DNA of 63,000 nucleotides, the filler included, from an uncultured Methanosarcinales archaeon (GTDB taxonomy: Archaea; Nanobdellota; Nanobdellia; Woesearchaeales; BS150m-G63), in assembly GCA_964630685.1 (NCBI GenBank). It is 4 parts of 4 records of this genome, joined end to end, with 100 filler letters (N's around TTAATTAATTAA, not from the genome) between each part and the next. Parts side by side here need not be neighbours in the genome. Positions count along the whole stretch, not along the records: positions 1 to 26,629 come from CAZVVW010000012.1; 3 more parts are not named here. One strand, written 5' to 3'. Positions 1 to 9,075 of this stretch are shown one piece after another. Position numbers and translations under genes: made by a program. Below the pieces are notes generated by a model, which saw only the letters and a list, made by a program, of their open reading frames with translations, made no database searches and was not told the origin of the DNA. Each line of letters begins with the position of its first letter. The stretch's first letter is position 1.

Positions 1-718
1 CCCAACCAACAGGATTTGATAATATTCCGAAAGCCGCTAAAGCTATTCCTCCTGCCCCCACACCCACTGCAATCCACCCTCCCTTTCCTGCCGTGGTCTG
101 ACCTTTAAAATGTTCAGCTATCATTTTCATGTTATCGTCTCCTTTTGCGTACAAGAAAATGGTTGAATAAGTTTTTGAGGTATCCAAAAAATCTCCTTCA
201 AACGAAATTGGGTCCCCTGTTTCTGGGGCTACTTCATGTGCTCTTGGAGTGTCATAATTCATGAGATAATCGATATAAGTTATTCCTTTTCCTCCCGGAA
301 TTTTTTTGGTTGTTAGATATTCTGAAAAACCTTCTAAATTTTGGTTTTGGTGTTTGAAAGAAATTATGTGGCAGATTGAACAGTAAATGGTTTCTTTATC
401 TCCAAAAAGGTTTGCTTCCCCCCTAGCGAATTGGTCCCAACAATCATACATTGATTTTGCTAATTGGTATTTTGCTTTTTCTTGATCTTTTGTTTTTATT
501 TTTAATTCTTGTGTGGGGCATTTTATTTCTGTGTTCATTGATATTTTTCCAAATTTAGTGAAATCATGAGCCATTACACTTTGTTTACAAATTTGTTTTG
601 TAGAACCAGAATCCATTGATGCAAATAACTCTGATTGAAAAATAAGTAATATAAAAAGAATTGCAAGAGTTAGTATTATTAAAAGAAGATATTTATTCAT
701 TATTGCTTTTTTGTTCAT
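1..718 (-). CDS. Class III signal peptide (pilin-like) protein, 5' part; continues at 47844..48059 (about 292 aa in total)
   Basis: Hand translation MNKKA|IMNKYLLLIILTLAIL...CKQSV...AKSMYDCWDQFARGEANLF...YCSICHII; paralogous to 844..1923; open to the window edge; not in the ORF track. Confidence 0.85.
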   Translation of the reverse strand, partial: MNKKAIMNKYLLLIILTLAILFILLIFQSELFASMDSGSTKQICKQSVMAHDFTKFGKISMNTEIKCPTQELKIKTKDQEKAKYQLAKSMYDCWDQFARGEANLFGDKETIYCSICHIISFKHQNQNLEGFSEYLTTKKIPGGKGITYIDYLMNYDTPRAHEVAPETGDPISFEGDFLDTSKTYSTIFLYAKGDDNMKMIAEHFKGQTTAGKGGWIAVGVGAGGIALAAFGILSNPVGW

Positions 719-741
719 TTTGTTTTTTAAAATGAATAAAA

Positions 742-818
742 CTTTAAGACTTTTGGGTTGCCTAAAAGGCAACACTGAAGACGGAGGCTTTAGCCGAAAT
801 TTTCTGTCTTATTGTTTT
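742..818 (-). repeat. Structured ~75-bp intergenic repeat, copy 1 (upstream of a pilin-like gene)
   Basis: Near-identical to 2384..2456 and 49544..49620; TAAGAC/GTCTTA terminal stem and GTTGCC-loop-GGCAAC hairpin. Confidence 0.9.
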
Positions 819-843
819 GTTCATTTTTGGTTTTAATGATTGA

Positions 844-1923
844 TTAGTTTACAATTAAAGAACAGTAAGGTACTTCTTTATACTCAGGATCATCTGTGGT
901 ACAATCTTCGACGCATATCTGTTGTTCTTCTGAAAATGGAATATAGGGGGGTAATAATTGTATGCCTCCAATACCACAATCCTCACAAGCTTCGAATGCC
1001 TTATCTGCTGTCGCATATCCTATCCCGACCCCTGCCCCCACAATGGCTAAAGTGGTGATTATTCCTCCAAGTACTGAGCTTCCTAAAACAGTTAGACTAA
1101 TGGAGGCTCCACCAGTAAATGGAGAGAGAATCACCCCCCCAACCACTAAAACAACCGCACCGACAACTCCTGCTATTTTCCAAAAAGTGTTTTTTACTTT
1201 ATACCTATACATATTTATAAAAATAGTTGAACCAGGAATAAACAGTTCATATTCTAATTGGGATCTTACATCTTCAGAAATTTCTGGAGGTTCTTCATTA
1301 AATAAATATTCATAATAAGTTTTATCGCTATGTTTGGTGTTGTGTTCTGTCAAATACAATTTTTCTGTGGTTACCATGTATTTGGGAATATTTTCTTTGG
1401 CTATATCTTTTGCTTCTGTTTCGGAAATTCCTTTTTTTTCCATTAAATAAGTGTGGTTTAAATCGTTTGTATGTGATAAAATAAATCTTTCTAGTTTTTT
1501 ATCAAATTTTATTGTTTTACATAAAAGACAGTAGTTTTTGTTTTTATCATCCCAGTTGGAAAAAGGATCCATCTTACCTTCCCCTACCATATACCAACAT
1601 TCTGCCATTGCATCTGCTATTCTTTTGTGTGCTTTATCTTGATTTATTTCTCCATTTTCTACTATGTCTTTTTTGTAGAGAATAAATTCCTGTCTTGGAC
1701 AATTAAGATTATTTAATGGCTTTCCAGCACCAGTCATTGTTGGTATTTTTTTAGATTGTGCTGCTGCAATAATGCTTGTTCTGCAATTTTCTATATCTCC
1801 CCCCTTAGTTATTACTTTTCCTGCGCCCATGACAAATACACCTATAATAAAAGCAGCAGATAGAATTAGAATGATCTTAGTTAATGACTTTGGAGCCATT
1901 GATGTACCTCTTTTGTTTTTCAT
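844..1923 (-). CDS. Class III signal peptide protein with a C-terminal Gly-rich hydrophobic hairpin
   Basis: KNKRG| leader + hydrophobic helix; conserved Cys pattern (AMAECW..., YCLLC); segment IAGVVGAVVLVVGGVILSPFTGGAS...GAGVGIG. Confidence 0.85.
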   Translation of the reverse strand: MKNKRGTSMAPKSLTKIILILSAAFIIGVFVMGAGKVITKGGDIENCRTSIIAAAQSKKIPTMTGAGKPLNNLNCPRQEFILYKKDIVENGEINQDKAHKRIADAMAECWYMVGEGKMDPFSNWDDKNKNYCLLCKTIKFDKKLERFILSHTNDLNHTYLMEKKGISETEAKDIAKENIPKYMVTTEKLYLTEHNTKHSDKTYYEYLFNEEPPEISEDVRSQLEYELFIPGSTIFINMYRYKVKNTFWKIAGVVGAVVLVVGGVILSPFTGGASISLTVLGSSVLGGIITTLAIVGAGVGIGYATADKAFEACEDCGIGGIQLLPPYIPFSEEQQICVEDCTTDDPEYKEVPYCSLIVN

Positions 1924-1986
1924 TTTACGAACTTTTTGGATTCAAAAAGGGGGGTTTTATGATTTTTTAGTCTTGTTGTTTTTATT

Positions 1987-2088
1987 CTAGGGGGTTAGGA
2001 TTGTTTTTGATACTCTAAAGACAATTATCCCTATGGCAATTATACTGATTATAGAAAGGATTAAAATTGTCAGCTCTTTTATTGTCAT
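1987..2088 (-). CDS. Putative 33-aa hydrophobic micro-protein (pilin-helix-like)
   Basis: MTIKELTILILSIISIIAIGIIVFRVSKTILTP*; fills the gap between co-oriented pilin genes. Confidence 0.5.
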   Translation of the reverse strand: MTIKELTILILSIISIIAIGIIVFRVSKTILTP

Positions 2089-2126
2089 AAATTAAACTTA
2101 ATAAGGGGAGTATTTAATATTTTTGG

Positions 2127-2366
2127 TCAACCCGTGACATTTAAGCAACAATATTTGTATGTTGAGTCTTTCATTGGAATCGGTGCAAAATCTCCGCAAG
2201 CTGATGCTGTTGTTGAAGGTGTTCCGCCTTTTGCTCCACAATCTTCAATTCCTGAACTAAATTTACCCATTCTTCCAGAGAAAATTACTGCGAGGATTAT
2301 AAGAACTAGTAAAGCTATTGCAGCTAAAATGATTATATTTAAAGATAATCCTTGTGCTTTTTTCAT
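2127..2366 (-). CDS. Small type IV pilin-like protein (79 aa)
   Basis: MKKA|QGLSLNIIILAAIALLVLIILAVIF; C-terminal Cys (YCC); start moved to the ATG because the upstream extension is the repeat. Confidence 0.9.
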   Translation of the reverse strand: MKKAQGLSLNIIILAAIALLVLIILAVIFSGRMGKFSSGIEDCGAKGGTPSTTASACGDFAPIPMKDSTYKYCCLNVTG

Positions 2367-2383
2367 TTTATTATGAAATAAAT

Positions 2384-2456
2384 CTTTAAGACTTTTGGGT
2401 TGCCGAAAAGGCAACACTGAAGACGGGGGCTTTCTCCGAAATCTTCTGTCTTATTG
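2384..2456 (-). repeat. Structured intergenic repeat, copy 2
   Basis: Same core as 742..818 and 49544..49620. Confidence 0.9.
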
Positions 2457-2503
2457 CTTTTTTTGTTTTATGTTTTAGTAAATAAAAAATAAAAAATAAA
2501 AAA

Positions 2504-2761
2504 TTAGCTTACTGTAAGACAGCATTGCATATCTGGATCTACTTTATTATCTGCATCATAACATTTCCATGTTGGATGTTGTGTGAGTCCTTCCCCACAT
2601 TCTTCAATACAACTTCCACCTTGTTTTTCACAGTTACTTGTTTCTGAACCCCATTTACCCATTCTTCCAGTAAAAATTACTGCAAGGATGACTAGAACTA
2701 ATAAAACAAGTGCAGCTATAATGATCGTGTTTAATGATAGACCTTGTGCTTTTTTATTCAT
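2504..2761 (-). CDS. Small type IV pilin-like protein (85 aa), candidate major pilin
   Basis: MNKKA|QGLSLNTIIIAALVLLVLVILAVIF; GAGGTGA RBS upstream; paralogue of 2127..2366. Confidence 0.9.
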   Translation of the reverse strand: MNKKAQGLSLNTIIIAALVLLVLVILAVIFTGRMGKWGSETSNCEKQGGSCIEECGEGLTQHPTWKCYDADNKVDPDMQCCLTVS

Positions 2762-2835
2762 GTAATCACCTCGGTTTAATTGTGATATTGTTTTAATAAC
2801 TACGGAATATTTAAAGTTTTCTATAAGAATAAGAA

Positions 2836-3369
2836 TTATTTGCACATATGAAATTTAAGTTCTAATGTACCCACATAGGTTGGCAAAGGTTGATTTGCAG
2901 ATTCCCAAACAGTACAATTTCCTTGTTCTATAAAAATTAAATCGTTTTGTTGAGTTGTTGCTAAGAATTGATATCTACGGTTTCCACCTAAATTTATCAT
3001 AAAATTGTTCAGAATTGTGTTTATTTGTTGTTCTGCATACGCGCATGATGCTTGGCCTGAACAAGTTATCCCTCCAGGATAAGATTCTGCACAATCTTTT
3101 AGTAGTTCTGATAAATCTAGATTTCTACAATCTGTATTTACATCTATCATCGAACCTAAAATGTTGGAAGCTAATTCTGACCTAATGAATGTTTCTCTTT
3201 GTTGATCTGGTTTTTTTGAAATCATAAATTTAACTACAAAAAGCATCCCTATTGTTATAAAAACTATAACTATTGCTAATCCCAATATTTCTGTCTGTGA
3301 CTTTTTCATTTTATTAAAATGGAATATCTTGGAATTTGTTTGTGGTGTGTTTTTTTTTGTTTTTCTCAT
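2836..3369 (-). CDS. Pilin-like protein
   Basis: KKS|QTEILGLAIVIVFITIGMLF; start could be the downstream Met. Confidence 0.85.
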   Translation of the reverse strand: MRKTKKNTPQTNSKIFHFNKMKKSQTEILGLAIVIVFITIGMLFVVKFMISKKPDQQRETFIRSELASNILGSMIDVNTDCRNLDLSELLKDCAESYPGGITCSGQASCAYAEQQINTILNNFMINLGGNRRYQFLATTQQNDLIFIEQGNCTVWESANQPLPTYVGTLELKFHMCK

Positions 3370-3389
3370 TGTTTTGTTTAATTTTTTAT

Positions 3390-3890
3390 TTATTTGAAAG
3401 TGTAATATTTTATTCTTAATAATCCAATTCCATATCTTCCAGGATAAGGGGAGGGATAGAAAATTGATACTGGAACAAATGTACTAAAATATTGGTCTGA
3501 AGTTACCCCTTCATAAATAAGTTCATAAGATGTGGTTGTAGGGTATATTTCTGCTATCTCTATCATAGTGTTAGAAAAAACTGATTGATAATATTGCGCT
3601 CTTTCTGAGGCAATTATTTTGAATGCTTCTAATTTGAGTTTATCTATGCAAAGAGTTTTTGTGATATTTTCTGCAGTACATTTTAATTCTGGGAGGAATG
3701 AAATTGTTTGAGCGACATCGATGGACTTTTTTTCTTCCATTTTTTCTAATCTTGATTGAAAACTTTTTCTTTCCATATTCGCATAAAAGAAAATTCCAAA
3801 AAATAATATCATAAAAAACACTATTAAGACTGCGATGGTTTCCCCCATCTTCATTTGTGCTTTTTTCGTTCTTCTTGTTTTTGATTTCAT
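3390..3890 (-). CDS. Pilin-like protein
   Basis: KKA|QMKMGETIAVLIVFFMILFFGIFFY. Confidence 0.85.
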   Translation of the reverse strand: MKSKTRRTKKAQMKMGETIAVLIVFFMILFFGIFFYANMERKSFQSRLEKMEEKKSIDVAQTISFLPELKCTAENITKTLCIDKLKLEAFKIIASERAQYYQSVFSNTMIEIAEIYPTTTSYELIYEGVTSDQYFSTFVPVSIFYPSPYPGRYGIGLLRIKYYTFK

Positions 3891-3902
3891 TTTTTGGTTA
3901 TT

Positions 3903-4976
3903 CTAATAAATTAATGTGCAAGATTTTTCTTGTGTATCTTTATTAGCACTTCTTAATGTTTGTATTGAATTACTTATCTGTAATATATTTGAATCAAAAA
4001 AAGTTATTGAATTTTCCACTATGGTGCTTAATCCATTATTGTTTATATCATAAGTGCCTTTACATCTGCTAGGGGTTTGAGGGTCATTGTAAAGTGCTTC
4101 TGACCTTGCTTTAAGGAGATTAGATATTAAATGTAATCTATTAAATGCTTTTTGCATATTACATTTGTAAAAATTATAAGAATCTGAAAAGATTGATGCG
4201 TATGCTTCTGAGTCTGAGATATAATGGATATAATCTTCTAATTCAAATAAGTTGTCGTCTGTGAAATAATAGAAACTTATTTGTTTTGATGATGTGTCTA
4301 TCTTTACTGCATTTATATTTGAAGGATTTGCTGATGACAAAATTTCATCTGAAACTGTAAATGTTGTTGGATCCGAATCAAAAAATATAAATTTAAAATT
4401 GTGGTTCCCATCATCCCCTTCTTGTTGGGCTGTGTTGATAGTTCTCAAATATTTATTTGTTTTTTCTGGGAATTTATTATAAAAATTGTTTGTTGAATCA
4501 GAAGATCCCACAAAAATATATTTTATATCTGTCCCTGTTATGTATAAAAAATTAGTTACATAAAAAGGAATATTCCAAGAAAGTGTCCATGAAAGGATTT
4601 TTTTTCCATATAATTCCGATGGTGCAAAAATTATTTGGGCTGGTGTTTTTTCGTTCACCCCTGTTTCTCCAATAGAATATTCCGAATAACAACTCGGCGT
4701 ATCTGATTCATCAAAATCAGTACATGTTGTAAAATCACAGATAAAATTAAGGGTTGTTTGAGGTATATCGATGTCTAATTGTCTTGCCTGAGAAAGTGTT
4801 GCTCCAGTAAAAATGGATTTTAATTCTGTTTTTACTGTTAATGCAATATTCATCTGAGATTTTTCTTTTTGGGTACCAACTAAATTAATGAAAAAAAGGA
4901 GAATTACTCCTCCTGCTATTAATACAAATATCCAATTAAACGATACTTCTACTGCTGCTTTTTTTGTTTTTTTCAT
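3903..4976 (-). CDS. Pilin-like protein (357 aa)
   Basis: KKA|AVEVSFNWIFVLIAGGVILLFF. Confidence 0.85.
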   Translation of the reverse strand: MKKTKKAAVEVSFNWIFVLIAGGVILLFFINLVGTQKEKSQMNIALTVKTELKSIFTGATLSQARQLDIDIPQTTLNFICDFTTCTDFDESDTPSCYSEYSIGETGVNEKTPAQIIFAPSELYGKKILSWTLSWNIPFYVTNFLYITGTDIKYIFVGSSDSTNNFYNKFPEKTNKYLRTINTAQQEGDDGNHNFKFIFFDSDPTTFTVSDEILSSANPSNINAVKIDTSSKQISFYYFTDDNLFELEDYIHYISDSEAYASIFSDSYNFYKCNMQKAFNRLHLISNLLKARSEALYNDPQTPSRCKGTYDINNNGLSTIVENSITFFDSNILQISNSIQTLRSANKDTQEKSCTLIY

Positions 4977-5003
4977 AATATTTTTATTTGTGTTTTAATT
5001 TGA

Positions 5004-5561
5004 TTATTCTATTTCGGATAATTTAGCTTTTCCCCCTACACCTTCTAATCTTACTTTTACTTTGGATCCTTTTACTTCAGGACAAATATATCCTGGACTA
5101 TCTATCTGGATTAAATGTTGTCCATTGGATTCAACTAAATAAAATTCTTTTGCTAGATCTTTTATTAAGAAAACGTTTGCGCTGTCATCTTGCCAAGCTT
5201 CATAAACTAGTGGGTGGAGTGATTCTATGCTTGGGTCTGCCCCTTTATCGAGATCTATAAAACAGACTTCATCGTACCCTTCTGGAACTTTGAATTCTGG
5301 TGCCCTAACAGTACCATAATCGTTGCTTACTTTTTCTACAGCATTCCTAACATCTGTTTTGAAACCAATTAAATCTACTTGTTTTGCTCTTTCCCTCATC
5401 TTACCTATGCTTTTATACCCATATAATAAAACAAGTCCAATCACTATCATAGAAAGCACGTAAACAAATATCTGTGCCTGTATCTGTGCTTTTTTAGATG
5501 TTTTTTTTCTTGAAAAAATTCTAAATTCTTGGTTTTGGTTGTGTTGGTTTTTATTTTTCAT
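5004..5561 (-). CDS. Pilin-like protein
   Basis: KKA|QIQAQIFVYVLSMIVIGLVLLYGY; GGTGAT RBS precedes the ATG at 5561. Confidence 0.85.
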   Translation of the reverse strand: MKNKNQHNQNQEFRIFSRKKTSKKAQIQAQIFVYVLSMIVIGLVLLYGYKSIGKMRERAKQVDLIGFKTDVRNAVEKVSNDYGTVRAPEFKVPEGYDEVCFIDLDKGADPSIESLHPLVYEAWQDDSANVFLIKDLAKEFYLVESNGQHLIQIDSPGYICPEVKGSKVKVRLEGVGGKAKLSEIE

Positions 5562-5575
5562 CTTATCACCCATTA

Positions 5576-8500
5576 TTATTTTTTCTTTTTTGATTTTGGG
5601 GTAGGGAGTTTATTTAATGGGTCTTCTTTTTCCACTAAACTTGATAATTTTTTGAACTTTTCAGATTGTGTTGGTTTTTGTTCTTCTTTAGGGGTTTCTG
5701 GTTTTTGCTTTATTTTTGATTCTGGTTTTTCTTTTGTGAGAAGTTTATCTAATGCACTTGGTGTTTTTTCTTTTGGTTGAGTTATTTTTTTGGTTGTTGT
5801 TTTAGTTTCTTCTTTTGGTTGGGTTTTTTCTTCTTCTCCAAATGCTTCAAAGAGTTTTTTCCTTTTTCTTGTTTTTATGACCCTTCCAATTGAAACTGGT
5901 TTTCTTCTTAATGGTGCTCTTGGTTGGATGGGGGCTCTTTGAGGCACTCTCTGTTGTGCTGATTGCAATTTGGGTTGTGGTTGTGCTGATTGTGGAAGCA
6001 TTTCTCTTTCTATTGATATAAATGGGGGCTTTGTTAGGATTTCTATTTTTGCATTTAATTTTATGTAAGGGGGTTGTTGGAGTAGAGATATTATTGGTTT
6101 TGCCTGTGGGCCTTGTGAAGGTGTTTGGGCGGGGGGAGTTATTACTATATAAGGTGGTTTATCTGTGAAAGAGATTATTTTTCTCATGTAAAGATAATAT
6201 CCCCCTCCACCGACTACTGCTAATAATATGAATAAGAAGATTAAGAAAGGCATTAATTTAGATTTAGGGTAATCTAACTTATTGCAAGGGTTTGTTCCTT
6301 TTTCTACTTCTTTGCCATCTTTGTGTTTATCTCCATCTGTGTCTGCTTCTTGAGGGTTTGTTCCTGAAGTGCAGAGAATACATTCTTTTTTATTTGTTAA
6401 TCCATCTTCATCGGGATCTTCATTTGGTTCTGCACAAGTTCTACAATTAAACCATTTTTGTTCACATACATCTGACATCCCATCATTGTCTGTATCTTGA
6501 AAAGGGTCTATTTTTTTACTGCATTGATTTGTTTTTAATGTGCAATTTTCACAAGAGAGCTTTCCTGATTCAAATTTATCAAAGTCAAAACAGCCCCCTA
6601 CATTTCCCCAATTAGTATCCTCACATTGTTCTCCTGGGTTGATTGTTGAATCATTACAAACTCCTGATGGTCCTGTACAATTATTTGTGTTGAATAGACA
6701 GTTTTCTCCGCAAGTTAGAATTCCTCCATTGAATCCAAAAAGGGAGCAGGTTTTTCCATCTGTTGAATTTTCACATTGCTCTCCAACATCAATAATTCCG
6801 TCTCCACAAGTCGTGAATTCTTGACAAGTGTTTGTTTTGACTGAGCAATATTCTGAAAGGCAATCTGAATCTAAGATGCATTGTTTATCTATTTCACATG
6901 GAGGACAGCTTCCTCCACAACCTATGTCTGTTTCTTCGCCATCCTTTACTGCATTTGAACAAGTATCATAAAAAATACATAATTTTGAGTCTGGATCGCA
7001 ATGTTCCGATAGACAATCTGAATTGTTCAAGCATGCTTTACCATTTGAACATCCTTGACAATTTCCTCCACAATCAATGTCTGTTTCATTTATGTTTCTA
7101 GTGTTGTCAAAACAAGAGGGTCCTGTAGATGTTGTATCACATTTATTCGAAGAATTACAATAATTGCTTAAACAATCTATGTTGTTACGGCATGTTTTGT
7201 TGTATCCACAAGGGGAACATGAGCTTCCACAATCAATGTCTGTTTCATTGAAATCTTTTGCACCATTATTACATGTTCCTATTAATAATAGTGCTAGATC
7301 TACAGTTATTCCATCACTTGTTTTTTCTGGGCTCCATAATCCTACTTTATTTTTTGCTTTAAATCTGAAATAGTAAGTTCCTTTGTCTGTAAGATTGAGG
7401 TCTCTTGCCGTTAAGTCTTCTGGACCTGATTTTTCATCTTGAACTATTGTCCAGTTTTGAATTGCCTCGTTTGGTTTGTATTCTCTGCTGTTATCTTTGA
7501 ATATGCTGTAGTTATATTCTTGGATTCCTGATTCGTTGTCTAATGCATGAAATTTTACAAATAACTTGTTTTTGTAATAAGTAAATTGACTTAAGTTTTC
7601 CATTCCTTGGATTGGATTTGAATCATTTACATAAATCAGATTTGGAGGGGATGTGTCTATTGTAAATGTTGTAGAAATTGGATTTATTAGTCCTTCTGGA
7701 GTGTTTACTAAACATTGAAAATAATAAGTGTGTGTTGCGGTTGCCAAAAGAACTGGGTTACTTATGTGGTTCTTTGTGAATGTTCCAAAAGTTCCTCCGC
7801 TTCCTGAAATTTCTTGTGTGTTATTTGAAAAATGGCATTTTGCGACTTTATTTGTAGTTAGATTAAATCTTATTGAAGCCGAAGAAAAATAAGAATTTGG
7901 TTGAGGGTGGTTAATTGTTATTTCTGCTTCTGCTTCACTTTGTACTTCTATATTTAGTGAAGAAGTTGTTGAATCTAATCTCGCTCTGTTTTTGCAGATA
8001 ACATAAAAAGTGTTTGTCTGAAAATCTATCAATTGTTGATCTGTCAGAGTTTGTGAATGAGATAATTGGTAATATTCTTCTTTTGTTTGATTTTCTCCTG
8101 TGAAAGGTGTTGATTCCTCAAATGTTGTTTGTGTTTTACTGTATGTGCAAACAGTTCTTTCGTTAGTGGTTACTTCTAGTGTTGTTAATATTGGAAATTC
8201 TGCCACATCATCTGCATGAATAGATGTTATTTCTGGAGCCGATGTATCTACATGGAATGGAAATTCTTGCATGGTTGTTTCATTGTTGTAACTGGTTTTA
8301 CATGATGCATATAATGTAGTTGTAGTTGTGCTATCAAAATTTGATAATATGTGTGTTGAATTATTTTCTGTTGTAAAAAAAGAAGTCATGTCTTCATAAT
8401 TTTTTGGAACTAGTGCGTATCTGCAATCTGAAAGAAGACTGCTTTTTATGCTTATGTTAAAAACTTCTGTCGGTGACCAGCCAAATCGTGGCTCTAATAG

Positions 8501-8842
8501 TTCTATACTTAGGGGGGGGACTTGGATGGTGAATTGTTGAGTTTTTATGTTTCCTGGATTTCCATGAATATCACTAGCCTGTATTGAAAAAATATAATTT
8601 CCTTCTGGAAGAAAAGTTAAGGGTTTATGTTTGAATGTTGTGTTGTCTGGTGAAGAATAAATTAAATTCAAATCTATTTCGTTGTTGTATGAATTTTCTA
8701 ACTTTACATCTATAGATGAAATCAATACTGGTTCATTAAAAGTTGTTGTGATTGTGGGTTGGGGGTTTTGGATCACTAAAGCATAGCAAGAGCTAACTAA
8801 AATCAAAAATAATGTTAGGATTATTGCTTTTTTTAGTTTCAT
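5576..8842 (-). CDS. Large membrane-anchored surface protein (Ig-like domains, ETDIDCGG Cys-rich repeats, TSP3-like Ca-binding repeats, TM, basic tail)
   Basis: Sec-type signal peptide; repeated ETDIDCG motifs; DTDNDGMSD/DPDEDGLTN/DTDGD motifs; TM LMPFLIFLFILLAVVGGGGYYLY. Confidence 0.85.
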   Translation of the reverse strand: MKLKKAIILTLFLILVSSCYALVIQNPQPTITTTFNEPVLISSIDVKLENSYNNEIDLNLIYSSPDNTTFKHKPLTFLPEGNYIFSIQASDIHGNPGNIKTQQFTIQVPPLSIELLEPRFGWSPTEVFNISIKSSLLSDCRYALVPKNYEDMTSFFTTENNSTHILSNFDSTTTTTLYASCKTSYNNETTMQEFPFHVDTSAPEITSIHADDVAEFPILTTLEVTTNERTVCTYSKTQTTFEESTPFTGENQTKEEYYQLSHSQTLTDQQLIDFQTNTFYVICKNRARLDSTTSSLNIEVQSEAEAEITINHPQPNSYFSSASIRFNLTTNKVAKCHFSNNTQEISGSGGTFGTFTKNHISNPVLLATATHTYYFQCLVNTPEGLINPISTTFTIDTSPPNLIYVNDSNPIQGMENLSQFTYYKNKLFVKFHALDNESGIQEYNYSIFKDNSREYKPNEAIQNWTIVQDEKSGPEDLTARDLNLTDKGTYYFRFKAKNKVGLWSPEKTSDGITVDLALLLIGTCNNGAKDFNETDIDCGSSCSPCGYNKTCRNNIDCLSNYCNSSNKCDTTSTGPSCFDNTRNINETDIDCGGNCQGCSNGKACLNNSDCLSEHCDPDSKLCIFYDTCSNAVKDGEETDIGCGGSCPPCEIDKQCILDSDCLSEYCSVKTNTCQEFTTCGDGIIDVGEQCENSTDGKTCSLFGFNGGILTCGENCLFNTNNCTGPSGVCNDSTINPGEQCEDTNWGNVGGCFDFDKFESGKLSCENCTLKTNQCSKKIDPFQDTDNDGMSDVCEQKWFNCRTCAEPNEDPDEDGLTNKKECILCTSGTNPQEADTDGDKHKDGKEVEKGTNPCNKLDYPKSKLMPFLIFLFILLAVVGGGGYYLYMRKIISFTDKPPYIVITPPAQTPSQGPQAKPIISLLQQPPYIKLNAKIEILTKPPFISIEREMLPQSAQPQPKLQSAQQRVPQRAPIQPRAPLRRKPVSIGRVIKTRKRKKLFEAFGEEEKTQPKEETKTTTKKITQPKEKTPSALDKLLTKEKPESKIKQKPETPKEEQKPTQSEKFKKLSSLVEKEDPLNKLPTPKSKKKK

Positions 8843-8879
8843 TTTTTCTGTTGTTTTTTATTTTTTTATTTTTTGTTGC

Positions 8880-9040
8880 TTGTTTTGTGATTGTTTTGTG
8901 ATTGTTTTGTNNNNNNNNNNNNNNNNNNNNNNNNNNNNNNNNNNNNNNNNNNNNNNNNNNNNNNNNNNNNNNNNNNNNNNNNNNNNNNNNNNNNNNNNNN
9001 NNNNNNNNNNTTGTTTTGTGATTGTTTTGTGATTGTTTTG
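8880..9040. repeat. 11-bp tandem repeat (TTGTTTTGTGA)n spanning a scaffold gap
   Basis: Unit visible on both sides of the N-gap 8911-9010. Confidence 0.85.
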
Positions 9041-9075
9041 TTTTGTGTTTTTTTGTTTTTATTTTACTGCTTATT

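Noticed and set aside
742..818. Resemblance of AAAGCCTCCG to c-di-GMP-I riboswitch or IS200/IS605 end sequences
   Set aside because: Only a short match; the other conserved elements are not visible, so no family was assigned
2367..2417. Shared N-terminus MLPFRQPKSLK on two pilins (also 49587..49643)
   Set aside because: Translation of the intergenic repeat from a TTG; the downstream ATG gives a normal class III leader
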